Assembly: GCA_013360585.1 (NCBI GenBank)
Contig: JABWBH010000001.1
Coordinates: forward strand, 65,820 to 129,819
DNA from: Phycisphaerae bacterium
GTDB lineage: Bacteria > Planctomycetota > Phycisphaerae > UBA1845
Direction: 5' to 3'
Length of the DNA stretch: 64,000 nt
Shown: in pieces, positions 51,470 to 61,263 of the stretch
Numbering within the stretch: position 1 is the stretch's first letter
Layout: every line of letters begins with the position of its first letter
The notes under the pieces: model-generated
Seen by the model: only the letters and a program-made list of their open reading frames with translations
Database searches by the model: none
What the model was told of the DNA's origin: nothing
Translations under genes and position numbers: made by a program

Positions 51470-53170
51470 ATGGATCGCCTGTCGCATCACGATGTCATGA
51501 TCGTTCTCCTGAGCCTGGGGGTGCTCCTCCTGGTGGCGCGGACGGCTGGCGAGTTGGCGCGACGGTTAAATCAACCGGCGGTCCTGGGCGAGATCCTCGC
51601 GGGGATCGCCTTGGGCGCCACCGGGTTCGGGCGCCTGTTTCCGAACGCCCACGCCGCGCTTTTCCCGAGTTCCGGACCCCCCACCCTGGTTCTCCACGGT
51701 ATCGGCACCGTGGGCGTCGTGCTTTTCCTTCTTGTGGCGGGGATGGAAGTGGACCTCTCGACGATCTGGCGCCAGGGGCGCACCGCGGCCACGGTGAGTC
51801 TGATGGGGATCGTGATTCCCTTCGGAATCGGGTGGGGCGCGGCGCAGGTGATGCCGGAGTTGCTCGGACTGGAGCCCGGAGCGGACCGCTGGGTTTTCTC
51901 CTTGTTTCTGGGGACGGCACTGGCGATCTCCGCGTTGCCGGTCATCGCCCGGACGCTGATGGACCTGGATTTGTATCGCACGGACTTCGGGATGCTGGTT
52001 ATCGCCGCGGCGATCGTCGACGACCTTGTCGGGTGGATGATCTTCGCGCTGTTGCTGGCGATGATCGGTGCACCGGGGCACGGGATGAGCGTCGGGTGGA
52101 CGGTGCTGATGACGCTGGGACTTGCGGCGTTCGTGCTGACGATCGGGCGCTGGGGGGTGAACCGCACGCTGCCGTGGCTTCAGGCGCATACGAGCTGGCC
52201 GGGCGGTGTGCTGGGGTTTGCGCTGTCCTTGGCGCTGTTTTTCGCGGCGCTGACGGAGTGGATCGGGATTCACGCGGTGTTCGGCGCGTTTCTGGTCGGC
52301 GTGGCGCTGGGCGACTCGGTTCACCTTCGCGAGCAGACTCGGGCGACGATCGAGCGCTTCGTGGCGTCGTTCTTCGCGCCGTTGTTCTTCGCCACGATCG
52401 GACTGAGGATTGACTTTATCCGCAATTTTGAGGTGTTTCTGTCTCTTCTGGTGGTTCTGATCGCGTGCGCCGGGAAGGTGCTCGGGTGCGCGCTGGGCGC
52501 GCGGATCACCGGGACGCCGGCGCGGGAGGCGTGGGCGATCGGGTTCGGGCTGAATGCTCGAGGCGCGATGGAGATCATCCTGGGGCTGCTGGCGCTTCAA
52601 GCCGGGTTGATCGGCGAGCGTTTGTTCGTGTCGCTCGTTTTCATGGCGCTGATAACGTCGGTCATCTGCGGACCGGCGGTGCAGAAGATCCTCGGACGGC
52701 GGCGGGTGCGGCGCTTTGTGGATTACCTCGTGCCGAAGGCGTTCGTCCCTCGACTCGTCTCGACGGACCGGCGCGAAGTCATCTCCGAGCTTTGCCGGGC
52801 GATCGCTCCGGCGGCGGGGCGAGACACGGCGCTCGTCGAGGACGCGGTCTGGAACCGGGAGCAGACGATGTCCACCGGGCTGGAGCAGGGGCTGGCGATT
52901 CCGCACGCGCGGATTCCGGGGCTTGCCGCGCCGCTGGTGGGACTCGGGTTGTCCTTCGGCGGCGTGGACTTCGACGCCTACGACGGCGAACCGGCGCGGA
53001 TCATTGTGCTGATTCTCACCCCGGAGGATGATCGCGGCGTGCAGGTCAATCTGCTGGCCGACATCGCCCGGACCTTGAAGGATCCGGAATTGCGGACGAA
53101 GGTGCTCCACGTCACCAACGCGACGGAATTGCTGGCCCTGATCCGGACCGAGGCGCCGCCGCCGGCGTAG
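51470..53170 (+). CDS. Cation:proton antiporter (CPA2/Kef-type) fused to a C-terminal PTS EIIA(Ntr/Fru)-type domain
   Basis: ~400-aa Na_H_exchanger-like TM core. C-terminal ~140 aa with GLAIPHARIPG (EIIA-2 phospho-His context). Confidence 0.85.
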   Translation: MDRLSHHDVMIVLLSLGVLLLVARTAGELARRLNQPAVLGEILAGIALGATGFGRLFPNAHAALFPSSGPPTLVLHGIGTVGVVLFLLVAGMEVDLSTIWRQGRTAATVSLMGIVIPFGIGWGAAQVMPELLGLEPGADRWVFSLFLGTALAISALPVIARTLMDLDLYRTDFGMLVIAAAIVDDLVGWMIFALLLAMIGAPGHGMSVGWTVLMTLGLAAFVLTIGRWGVNRTLPWLQAHTSWPGGVLGFALSLALFFAALTEWIGIHAVFGAFLVGVALGDSVHLREQTRATIERFVASFFAPLFFATIGLRIDFIRNFEVFLSLLVVLIACAGKVLGCALGARITGTPAREAWAIGFGLNARGAMEIILGLLALQAGLIGERLFVSLVFMALITSVICGPAVQKILGRRRVRRFVDYLVPKAFVPRLVSTDRREVISELCRAIAPAAGRDTALVEDAVWNREQTMSTGLEQGLAIPHARIPGLAAPLVGLGLSFGGVDFDAYDGEPARIIVLILTPEDDRGVQVNLLADIARTLKDPELRTKVLHVTNATELLALIRTEAPPPA

Positions 53171-53208
53171 AACCTCCCGGCGCCACGCGCGCCCGGGTTC
53201 ATTCCGCG

Positions 53209-54612
53209 TCAACCGCTGCGCATCGTCGCCAGCGCTTCATCCGCGGCGACCGGCAGCGCGTCACTGAGCGCCTCCGGACCGCCCGCCTCCTTCGTGCGGA
53301 TATGCACGGTCTGCTCAAGACGGATGCCGCCGAAATGACGCGCCAGCAGCGCTTCAACCTGAGGCAGGTTCACCACGTCGCGGAACGGCGAAACCAGATC
53401 CGACCGCTTCCAGATTGCCGGGCTCAGATAAACCCCGGGTTCGATCGTCACGCACATGCCGGGTTCAAGGTCGCGGTCGAGGCGGAGAAACTTCGAGCCG
53501 AACTCCGTCGGACGCTGCCGGCCGGGGGCGTAGCCCGCCAGATCTCCGAAATCCTCCATGTCATGCACGTCCAGCCCGATCAGGTGACCGACGCCGTGCG
53601 TGAAGAAAAGGGTGTGCGCGCGACGGTCGGCCAGCGAGACCGGATCGCCCTTCAGAAGTCCCGCCGCGACGAGACCTTCGCAAAGGACTTTCGCGGTCAG
53701 GAAATGCACGTCGCGATAGCGCGTGCCGACGGTGCAGGCGGCGACGCCGGCGCTCATCGCGCGGTGGACGGCGTCGTAGACCGCGCGCTGCTCCGGCGTG
53801 AACCGCCCCGACACGGGGTACACACGCGTTACGTCACAGGCGTAACCGCCCGGCTCCTCCGACCCGGCGTCGATCAGCAGCAGCGCGCCGTCGTCGAGGC
53901 GGTTCGGATAGCCGCTGCAATGCAGAACCTCGCCGCGGACGCTGATGATCGGGTTGAACGAGGGCTGATGCTGGTGGGCGGTGAGGACGGCGTGAAACGC
54001 GGCGGCGACATCAGCTTCGATCCGTCCGGGGCGGATCGCCCGTGCGGATGCGGCGTGGGCTTCGATCGTGACTTTTGCAGCGCGTCGCATCGCGGCAAGT
54101 TCATGTTCGTCCTTGCGCAGCCGCAGGAGGATGATCGGCAGGAGGTCGTCCGGTCCGGCATCCGCGATCCCGCAGCGCCGAGCCGTTTCTCGGGCATGAG
54201 GACAAACTACCGGCGCGAACACCGCACCTCGACCGGACACCGACGTCATGAGTCTGTCCAGATCGCGGACCGCGGAGACGGGCAACCCTGAATACCCGGC
54301 GAGGTTCGCATCCGTCGGCGTCGGGCCCAGCCAGACCTCGTCGTCCGGACCCGCCGGTTCCCGGAAGAGCACGCAACCGCTCTCACCGTCGTTGTCCGGC
54401 TCGATCAGCATCGCCGCGCCTTCGATCGGCGGACCGCCGAAGTAAAGATAGGTGCTGGCGGCCCGGAAGACGTAGGTGTTGGCCGGGTAGTTGCGCGGCG
54501 CCGCCGATCCGGCGAAGATCGTCATCGGTCTGCGCAGCGACGCTCCGAGGCGGCGGCGACGGTCGCGGTACACGTTCGGCGGGGCGGTCGCGTTGATCAG
54601 ATTCGCACTCAT
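53209..54612 (-). CDS. pepP: Xaa-Pro aminopeptidase (M24B)
   Basis: ATG at 54612 (GAGAGG 9 nt upstream). HGVGHLIGLDVHD, EPGVY and GGIRLEQ motifs. The 190-codon upstream extension in the track is rejected. Confidence 0.88.
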   Translation of the reverse strand: MSANLINATAPPNVYRDRRRRLGASLRRPMTIFAGSAAPRNYPANTYVFRAASTYLYFGGPPIEGAAMLIEPDNDGESGCVLFREPAGPDDEVWLGPTPTDANLAGYSGLPVSAVRDLDRLMTSVSGRGAVFAPVVCPHARETARRCGIADAGPDDLLPIILLRLRKDEHELAAMRRAAKVTIEAHAASARAIRPGRIEADVAAAFHAVLTAHQHQPSFNPIISVRGEVLHCSGYPNRLDDGALLLIDAGSEEPGGYACDVTRVYPVSGRFTPEQRAVYDAVHRAMSAGVAACTVGTRYRDVHFLTAKVLCEGLVAAGLLKGDPVSLADRRAHTLFFTHGVGHLIGLDVHDMEDFGDLAGYAPGRQRPTEFGSKFLRLDRDLEPGMCVTIEPGVYLSPAIWKRSDLVSPFRDVVNLPQVEALLARHFGGIRLEQTVHIRTKEAGGPEALSDALPVAADEALATMRSG

Positions 54613-54686
54613 TGTCGGCATCCTCTCACGTAAACGGACTCGTTTCGGGAAAGCATACCCGCCGGCTGGATGCGCGCACACACGGG

Positions 54687-56714
54687 TCACTCGGCGGGGG
54701 GCGAAAAATGCAGCACGAGGCGGGCGGCGAACTCGTCCGGCGGAGCGGTCCACGTCGAAAACGAGGCGAACTCGACGCCCGCGCCGACCTGAATCATGTT
54801 GCGCATCGCGGGAATCGCGCGATCCAGTCCGGTGGCGGCCTGCGACGGCGTGATCGCAAGCTCCACGTCCGTGATCACGCCGTCGCGCAGGACGCGGAGG
54901 ATCGGTCCGACCGCGCGCCGCGAATGAAGCAGCTTGCGACGCAGGTCGTCGACCGGTTGATCGAGACTGAGCACCTGTCCGTCCACCGCGAGGACGGAGT
55001 CGCCCTCCAGCAGGCGCGAGGCAGCCGGACCGCCCGGCTCGACTTCGACGACTCTCGCCAGCCCCGGAAACTGCTCCGACGCGACGCTGACGCCGATCCG
55101 CGCGAGGCGGGCGCGGGTGTGGCTGCCGATCCACGCACTGGGGTCGAAAGGGGAGGCGCGTCCGGCTTGATACTCGTTGATCCACCTCGCCAGGACGGCG
55201 GCCGCCAGCGCCGGTTGCGCGACGGCGAGCGAGGTCGATCGGACGGGCCGCCCGGCGCCGGCGTTCATCGGCGGCGCCGCGCCCAGCGCGGGGCGCAGAT
55301 CGTGATAGGCTTCGACCAGGGCGCGAAGATGCTCGGACGACAGCGCGATGACCAGCCAGCGGTCGAGCGGGGCGAAACAGGGGGCGAGTTGGATCGGATC
55401 CCCTTCCGGATCGCCCGCTCCGTCATCGAACGCGATCCGCCAGCGCACGCCGGTCACGGGGACGCCGAAATGATCGGTCGTGGAAATTTCCGTCCGAAGG
55501 GACGTGACTCCTGAGGTCGTGTCGTCCGCATCCGTGCCCGGGGCGGTCTCTTCCGCGTGTGCCTGCAGGATCGTCGAGAGCGAAGCGGCGACGGACGCGG
55601 CGTCATCGCATTCAAGAAACGCGGCGAACTGCGGAAAGGAGGGCTGCTCCGCCTCAGGGCGCCCCCACACCAGAACCACCGGGGGCCGCGTCTGCGAGAT
55701 CACCTCCGTCAGCGCGGCGCGCAGCGGCAGCGCGCTTTCGATCCGCTGCATCCCGACGCTGGACGGATCCGCGTCCACCAGTTCAAGCAATCCCTGAACA
55801 TTCTCGCGCCAGTCCGACGTCATCGCCCACGCCGCCAGGGTCGTCGCCGGAAGACGCCGGATCAGGTCGTGCGCCGCACGCGAAGACGGTGCGTGCGACT
55901 GAGGATCGGGCATCTTCGCCCGAAGGTCGATCTCCAGTGCGCCGCCCGACTCATGCACCGAAACCACCGCCATCTCAAAGCCGAACTCCACCCGCATCGG
56001 TTCAACCGCGCCGACCGGCTGGGCCGCGGCCCGGCGAAGCCCCACGCGCAGCAGCGCCGGCGTCTTAAGCGAACCGGAAAGACGCCGGAACACCGGGTCC
56101 GCGGACCACCCCGCCTCCCTGCGGCTGCGCAACTGCGTCACGATGCCGTCAAACAAGGCCTGGGGGGCGCTGTTGCGGACGACGGCGACCAGATCCTCAC
56201 GCGTCGCGACGCGGAAGCGGCCGCTGTCGAAGACGAGGGTCCGCTCTTCCCGCGTCACTTTCGTGCGCCGCGATGGTGGAAACCACGCGGTCAGGAGTTC
56301 GTCGCCCGGAATCCGCACGAGGATCACGGCCCCGTCGAGTTCGCGCCACGACGGCGCCGCCCAGATCGCCGGGCACGACAGGATCCGCTCCAGCAGTTTC
56401 GCATCCGTCACCCCCAGCAGCGCCCCCACGCTTCGGGACAGGTCCGCACCGGGCGCCACCTGGGCGCTGCGCCCCGCGAACAACGAGATCGCGTTCATCA
56501 CGCGCGTGCGGCGAAGCGCCGTGTCCAGCGACGAAAGCCGGGACGTCTCGATGAAGAACTCCGCCGTCGCGGGAACCCACCCGGACAGCGTCGCGTCAGC
56601 AGTCGGCCCAGATTGCACCGGAGTAAGCGGTGCGAGTCCGTGCGACCCCGCGGGATCGATGCAAAGCGAAAGCTGCATCAGGATGTTTGCGCAAACCGCG
56701 GTCACGACAGGCAT
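54687..56714 (-). CDS. Hypothetical secreted protein with C-terminal PDZ domain
   Basis: PDZ-like segment GLARVVEVEPGGPAASRLLEGDSVLAVDGQVL. The rest has no recognised domain. Confidence 0.6.
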   Translation of the reverse strand: MPVVTAVCANILMQLSLCIDPAGSHGLAPLTPVQSGPTADATLSGWVPATAEFFIETSRLSSLDTALRRTRVMNAISLFAGRSAQVAPGADLSRSVGALLGVTDAKLLERILSCPAIWAAPSWRELDGAVILVRIPGDELLTAWFPPSRRTKVTREERTLVFDSGRFRVATREDLVAVVRNSAPQALFDGIVTQLRSRREAGWSADPVFRRLSGSLKTPALLRVGLRRAAAQPVGAVEPMRVEFGFEMAVVSVHESGGALEIDLRAKMPDPQSHAPSSRAAHDLIRRLPATTLAAWAMTSDWRENVQGLLELVDADPSSVGMQRIESALPLRAALTEVISQTRPPVVLVWGRPEAEQPSFPQFAAFLECDDAASVAASLSTILQAHAEETAPGTDADDTTSGVTSLRTEISTTDHFGVPVTGVRWRIAFDDGAGDPEGDPIQLAPCFAPLDRWLVIALSSEHLRALVEAYHDLRPALGAAPPMNAGAGRPVRSTSLAVAQPALAAAVLARWINEYQAGRASPFDPSAWIGSHTRARLARIGVSVASEQFPGLARVVEVEPGGPAASRLLEGDSVLAVDGQVLSLDQPVDDLRRKLLHSRRAVGPILRVLRDGVITDVELAITPSQAATGLDRAIPAMRNMIQVGAGVEFASFSTWTAPPDEFAARLVLHFSPPAE

Positions 56715-56866
56715 TGTAACCGATGATCCGACGGGAGCCTCGACCGCATTCCCGAGGCGTGACCGGACCTTCTTCGGGCGTTGTGGCGCCGGACCGGAAG
56801 CATGAACGCATGAGGGTTAATAAGGGAGGGTCGGTTCTGTCTCGATCCGACCTGGGACGCCGTCTG

Positions 56867-57454
56867 TCAGCGGGATCCGTCGGTGGCGGGATCCGGAACG
56901 GTAACCGGCGCGTCAGGCGGAGGAGTAAACTCGTTGAACAATTCGCGGGCCGTGTCCTCGATCCCCTCGCGAAGCGGACTCGTGCCCCAGCGGGTTCTCT
57001 GCCACTCCGCGTAAATGTCATCGAGCGTCTTCTGCCACAACTCCAGCGGATCTTCGGAATCGCCCTGGGCGGAACTCAAGTCGTCCGGAACGGGCTCACC
57101 GGGCACGACAACGCCGGCGACGACGTGAGCTTTGCCGCGCCCCCACGGACCGTAAACGAGGAACGCCAGCGCCGCCGCCACGGCAAGCCCCCCCGCCAGC
57201 ACCAGCGTCCGGCGCCGCCGGGATCGCGGAGAAGCCGGCAGACACGCCATCAGACGATCTGTGAAGTCGTCGCAAAGCGGTTCAGGCTCATCAATTTCCG
57301 AAACGAGGACATGCTCGACCACCTCGAGAAGGGCAAGCTGCCGACGGCAATCCTCGCACTCAATGCGGTGCGCCGCCAACTCGGTCGCCAGACCGGGCGG
57401 CAGATCGCCGTCCAGGTGGGCGTCAAAAAGATGTTGAGCTTGCTCGCAGTTCAT
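56867..57454 (-). CDS. Anti-sigma factor (zf-HC2 type), single TM
   Basis: ATG at 57454. MNCEQAQHLFDAHLDGDL...HRIECEDCRR (H-x3-C-x2-C). TM LVLAGGLAVAAALAFLVY. Confidence 0.75.
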   Translation of the reverse strand: MNCEQAQHLFDAHLDGDLPPGLATELAAHRIECEDCRRQLALLEVVEHVLVSEIDEPEPLCDDFTDRLMACLPASPRSRRRRTLVLAGGLAVAAALAFLVYGPWGRGKAHVVAGVVVPGEPVPDDLSSAQGDSEDPLELWQKTLDDIYAEWQRTRWGTSPLREGIEDTARELFNEFTPPPDAPVTVPDPATDGSR

Positions 57455-57561
57455 TCCCGACACACACCCCGCGTTTCGAGCCTTCGCACCGCCCTGCCGG
57501 CCGCGGCGCCGCACCGATCCGCCGAACGCTCCCGCGAGGCGCCCCCCGCGCTCGCCCGCCG

Positions 57562-58188
57562 TCACCCCGCGGCGATCCGCATCCGACCTGAAGCGGCCGC
57601 ATCCTGTCCGAATTTCTCCGCCAGCAGATCCTTCAACCGCGCTCGGGCGCGGTGCAGGTGGCTTTTCACGGTCGCCACCGGAACCTGCATGATTTCCGCA
57701 ATTTCCTGACAATTCTGATCCTGCCGGTAAAAGAGCAACACCGCCGCCTTCTGCGGCGTCGTCAACCCGTCGACCGCTTCCCAGACCGCGTGACGGGCCT
57801 CACGAGCGGCTTCGGACTCGGCCAACTGCTCCTCCGGTCCGTCGTCCACGCTGCCCAGGGCGTTGAACTCCAGTTCCGTCGTCACCGTCTTGCGGCGACG
57901 GAGCATGTTCAGGCACACCCGGTAGGCGATCGTGAACAACCACGTGCTGAACCGGTATTGCGTCGAGAACGTGTCCAGCGCTGAAAACGCCCGGAGAAAC
58001 GCCTCCTGACACACTTCCTCGGAGTCGTGATGATGCCCCATCACCCGGTGGACGAACGCATAAAGGCGGTCCTTGTGCAGATCCACCAGAACGCGCGTCG
58101 CCCGACGATCGCCACGTCGAGCCTTCTCGACCAGCGCCGCCTCTTCCGCACGACTCATCCCTTTCGAGGCCTCGGTGAACGTTGTCAT
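57562..58188 (-). CDS. ECF-type RNA polymerase sigma factor
   Basis: Sigma-70 region 2 (DSEEVCQEAFLRAF...FSTWLFTIAYR) and region 4 (QEIAEIMQVPVATVKSHLHRAR). Confidence 0.92.
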   Translation of the reverse strand: MTTFTEASKGMSRAEEAALVEKARRGDRRATRVLVDLHKDRLYAFVHRVMGHHHDSEEVCQEAFLRAFSALDTFSTQYRFSTWLFTIAYRVCLNMLRRRKTVTTELEFNALGSVDDGPEEQLAESEAAREARHAVWEAVDGLTTPQKAAVLLFYRQDQNCQEIAEIMQVPVATVKSHLHRARARLKDLLAEKFGQDAAASGRMRIAAG

Positions 58189-58201
58189 CTCACCATCCTC
58201 A

Positions 58202-58213
58202 CCTTATTATACC
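58202..58213 (-). promoter_or_regulatory. Possible extended -10 promoter (TGGTATAAT) for the ECF sigma operon
   Basis: Minus-strand TGGTATAAT at 58213-58205, 16 nt before the ATG at 58188. No good -35 element. Confidence 0.3.
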
Positions 58214-58338
58214 AGCCCCCCGGACGCGCGCCGCAGGCGGAGGCTCACTCCTGGGTCCGCCGGTTTCGCTCCGGCGGACCCGATCGTCCGTGCGGTAGTT
58301 CGCTTGACCGCACGCAACCCTTTATAAGTTAACGCGTT

Positions 58339-58809
58339 ATGTCGAAAAAACCGGAATCGCCGTCGGCGGTCTGCCGCAACCGAAACGCGGCGTTCAAGTT
58401 CGAAATCCTTGAAAAAACCGAGTGCGGCATTGTGCTCCTGGGCAGCGAGGTCAAGTCGCTGCGAACCGGTCGGGCCTCGCTCGACGAGGCCTTTGCCCGC
58501 TTCCGGGATGGTGCGATCTGGCTTTTCGCCTTTCACATCCCCCCGTATGAGCAGGCCGGTCCCACGAATCATGAGCCCACCCGCCCTCGCAAACTCCTTC
58601 TTAAACGCTCGGAACTCCAACGTATTGAGGCGAAGCTCCAGCAAAAAGGACTAACCCTCATTCCGACGTCGGCCTACTTCAACGAGCGCGGCCTGCTCAA
58701 GATCACCCTCGGGCTTGCCCGGGGGAAAAAGCTGCACGACCGCCGCCAGTCCCTCCGGGAACGCGACGACCGCCGCCAGATGCAGCGCGCCGAGCGTCGT
58801 TCACGCTGA
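58339..58809 (+). CDS. smpB: SsrA-binding protein
   Basis: NRNAAFKFEILEKTECGIVLLGSEVKSLR and the basic C-terminal tail are typical of SmpB. Confidence 0.95.
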   Translation: MSKKPESPSAVCRNRNAAFKFEILEKTECGIVLLGSEVKSLRTGRASLDEAFARFRDGAIWLFAFHIPPYEQAGPTNHEPTRPRKLLLKRSELQRIEAKLQQKGLTLIPTSAYFNERGLLKITLGLARGKKLHDRRQSLRERDDRRQMQRAERRSR

Positions 58810-58840
58810 CCCCCTTCTTTATTATCGGCTGTCAAGAAAA

Positions 58841-58880
58841 GGGGCGTCCAGCATGATCCGCCGGAACGCCCCGCTTCTTA
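58841..58880. terminator. Possible bidirectional terminator between convergent genes
   Basis: GGGGCGT (58841-58847) / ACGCCCC (58866-58872), preceded by AAAA and followed by GCTTCTT. The loop is long (18 nt). Confidence 0.4.
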
Positions 58881-58911
58881 ACGACCTGACCTTGCGAGCC
58901 GCAGGCACCCG

Positions 58912-60750
58912 TTACGGGTTGGTCTTCGACTCCGGGGACGCCTTCGTCTCCGGCGAAGCTTTCGCATCACCGGGCTTGGCGCCGTTGGCGGCGGCCGCCT
59001 TGGTGTCCGTGCCGGGCTTGGCGCCTTCGGCCGGAGGCGCAGGCTTGTCAGCGTCCGTCTTCGGTGCGGACGCCGTCGTCGACAGTCCCAGCAACTGATC
59101 GAGCGTCTTCTTCAGATCGCCTTCGAGCGTTCCGGCGTTTCCGAGAACGCACTTCTCGACGTTGCCGGTCTTGCCGAGCACAAAGAGCGCCGGGTAGCTT
59201 TGCACCTTGAACTCCTTGGCGGCCTTGTTCTCCAGGTCGATGACCAGCTCGGCGTTGAGGTTGTTCGCTTTGACGAACTCCTTGATTTCGTCCTCGGTGA
59301 ACGCCTTGGCGCGCTTCGAGGCGACGTTGACCCAGCGGACGTTCTTGCCGGAGTACTGCTCGTGCAATTTCTCGAGGCGCGGCATCTGGAGCTTGCAGAA
59401 GCCGCAGTCCGCCGCCCAGAAGTTGAGCACGATCGGGCCTTCGCCGGACTTGAGCGTGTCGTTCGACACCGGCTTGCCGTCCGTGGAGACCAGCGAGAAC
59501 GACGGCGCGGGCTTGCCGACGAGCTTTTCCGGCTCGCGGAGCGGCGGCTTCGGCGGCGCCTTGATCGGAACCGTCAGCGTGGGCTGCTCCTTGTCGTCGG
59601 TCTTGAGCGTCAGGGCGATGTCGCTCTCCTCGGGTACAACGAATTCGGACGGGAATTCGACCTCGATGGTGTAGATCTTCCCGGGGGAGGTTTCAGTCAC
59701 CTTGGCGGTGATGCGTTCGTCATTAACCGACGCCTCAGTGACTTTCACCGGCGCATCGCCGTTGTTCGTGAGGCGGACCGGGTACTTCGGAAGGCGCGAA
59801 TTGTAGACGATGCTCGGCGGACGCAGCGCGAGGCGCGGCGGGACGACGGCGTTGATCCGGATCGGGATTTCCTTCTTGTCCTCAAAGTTGGTGGCGAGCT
59901 TGACTTCGCCGTTGTGCGTGCCTTCCTTCAGCGGCGGCACGGTGACGACGCGCAGCTCGTAGAGCTTGCCCGGTTCCTTTTCGACCAGTTCGGTCTTGTA
60001 AGGAAGCTCCTCGTTGACGCCGGTCAGCGTCAGCTCCAGCGGTTTCTCATCGTTGTTCTTGATCGTGATCGTCTTCTCGACCGAGTCGGTGGACTTGAGG
60101 CTGCCGAAGCTGATGCTCGGCGTGCTTAGCTCAATGCGCTGCTTGGCGACGCCCTGGAGGGTCAGCTTGATCTTGCTGTTGTCCTTCTCGTTGGTCGTGA
60201 TGTCGATGCTCTTCGAGAACTTTCCGTTCAGGGTCTCGCTCTTGAGGCTGAAGGGGAACTCGCCGGTTTCGCCGGGCTTGATGACCTTGGGCGACTCGCC
60301 GGCGGCGGTGCAGCCGCACGCGGGTTTAACGCCTCGGATTTCAAGCGGCTCGGTCCCCTGGTTGGTGATTTTGAAAGCGTGCTTCAGGAGCGGTCCGGCC
60401 CAGACCTCGCCGAAGTCGTAGGTCATCGCATCGACGACGGCCTTGACGTTCGACGAAAGCGGACCTGCGGGGACGGCGTCCTTAACCGAGCCGGCGGTCG
60501 CCGGCTTGTCCGCCTTGGGTTCCTTTTCGCCGGCGGCGCGAGCCTCCTCGCGCTCCTTCTTCTTCTTGGCCTTTTCAGCCGGATCCTGCTGGGCCTTCGC
60601 CGGCTGGGCGTGGTCGTGCCCGGCGTGCTCGTCCTGTGCCTGTGCGCGGACCGGCGATCCCAGGAAAAGGGCGCCGATGATCGTCGCGACGATCCCCCCT
60701 CGTTTCAAAAACATCCCTGCGCGGGCTTTTGTGGTAAGCTCCCTCGCCAT
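58912..60750 (-). CDS. DUF1573 / Ig-like repeat protein fused to a C-terminal TlpA-like thioredoxin domain
   Basis: DFGEVWAGPLLKHAFKITNQGTEPLEIRGVKPACGCT (DUF1573). C-terminal GKPAPSFSL...VLNFWAADCGFCK thioredoxin-fold CxxC. Confidence 0.85.
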   Translation of the reverse strand: MARELTTKARAGMFLKRGGIVATIIGALFLGSPVRAQAQDEHAGHDHAQPAKAQQDPAEKAKKKKEREEARAAGEKEPKADKPATAGSVKDAVPAGPLSSNVKAVVDAMTYDFGEVWAGPLLKHAFKITNQGTEPLEIRGVKPACGCTAAGESPKVIKPGETGEFPFSLKSETLNGKFSKSIDITTNEKDNSKIKLTLQGVAKQRIELSTPSISFGSLKSTDSVEKTITIKNNDEKPLELTLTGVNEELPYKTELVEKEPGKLYELRVVTVPPLKEGTHNGEVKLATNFEDKKEIPIRINAVVPPRLALRPPSIVYNSRLPKYPVRLTNNGDAPVKVTEASVNDERITAKVTETSPGKIYTIEVEFPSEFVVPEESDIALTLKTDDKEQPTLTVPIKAPPKPPLREPEKLVGKPAPSFSLVSTDGKPVSNDTLKSGEGPIVLNFWAADCGFCKLQMPRLEKLHEQYSGKNVRWVNVASKRAKAFTEDEIKEFVKANNLNAELVIDLENKAAKEFKVQSYPALFVLGKTGNVEKCVLGNAGTLEGDLKKTLDQLLGLSTTASAPKTDADKPAPPAEGAKPGTDTKAAAANGAKPGDAKASPETKASPESKTNP

Positions 60751-61025
60751 CTTTTGCCTTGCCTTTCGGTTAACCTTTTGAACCAGAATAACTTGTGCCG
60801 ATTCCGCTGAGGGGACGACCTGCCTCCCAAGCTGAGTGTCCGCCAGCGTCCAGCCTTGGACCGCAACCGAACGTGTACCGGAGTTGTATCGGTGGATGAG
60901 GCGTCATTTCAACCCCGAAGCGGGTCATGTTGCGCCCGCGTTACGCGCCCGCTTCAGCGCCCGCCACCCCGTCCGCTGCGCAACATCCTGATTTGTCTCG
61001 TGTTCGGCGCAACCTGAAGGTGGAT

Positions 61026-61053
61026 TGCATCCGCAAGGGAGGTTGTTATGATG
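61026..61053 (+). promoter_or_regulatory. Sigma-70-type promoter for rpmH
   Basis: TTGCAT (61026-61031), 16 nt, TATGAT (61048-61053). Confidence 0.4.
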
Positions 61054-61116
61054 CTCGGCTCGCTCGCGGGAAGGCGTGGCGCCGGATCGGCGCGGGCGAC
61101 GCATGAGGTCGAGATT

Positions 61117-61263
61117 ATGCATTATCCAAGGCGCAACAGCAGAATCAAGCGGAAGAGGACGCACGGTTTCCGGGCGAGAATGCGAACATCGAAGGGGCGT
61201 AAGCTGATTAACCGGAAGCGCCGACACGGTTTTCATCGGGTCACCGTCTCAGCCAAGGGTTGA
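61117..61263 (+). CDS. rpmH: 50S ribosomal protein L34
   Basis: ATG at 61117 (GAGG 8 nt upstream). [38 protein letters not shown] is diagnostic. Confidence 0.93.
   Translation: MHYPRRNSRIKRKRTHGFRARMRTSKGRKLINRKRRHGFHRVTVSAKG

Noticed and set aside
54613-55185. 190-codon N-terminal extension of the PepP ORF in the track (658 aa)
   Set aside because: The extension is Arg/Pro/Gly-rich and overlaps the 3' end of the upstream PDZ gene. The M24B domain starts at MSANLINA... (ATG 54612), which has a GAGAGG RBS.
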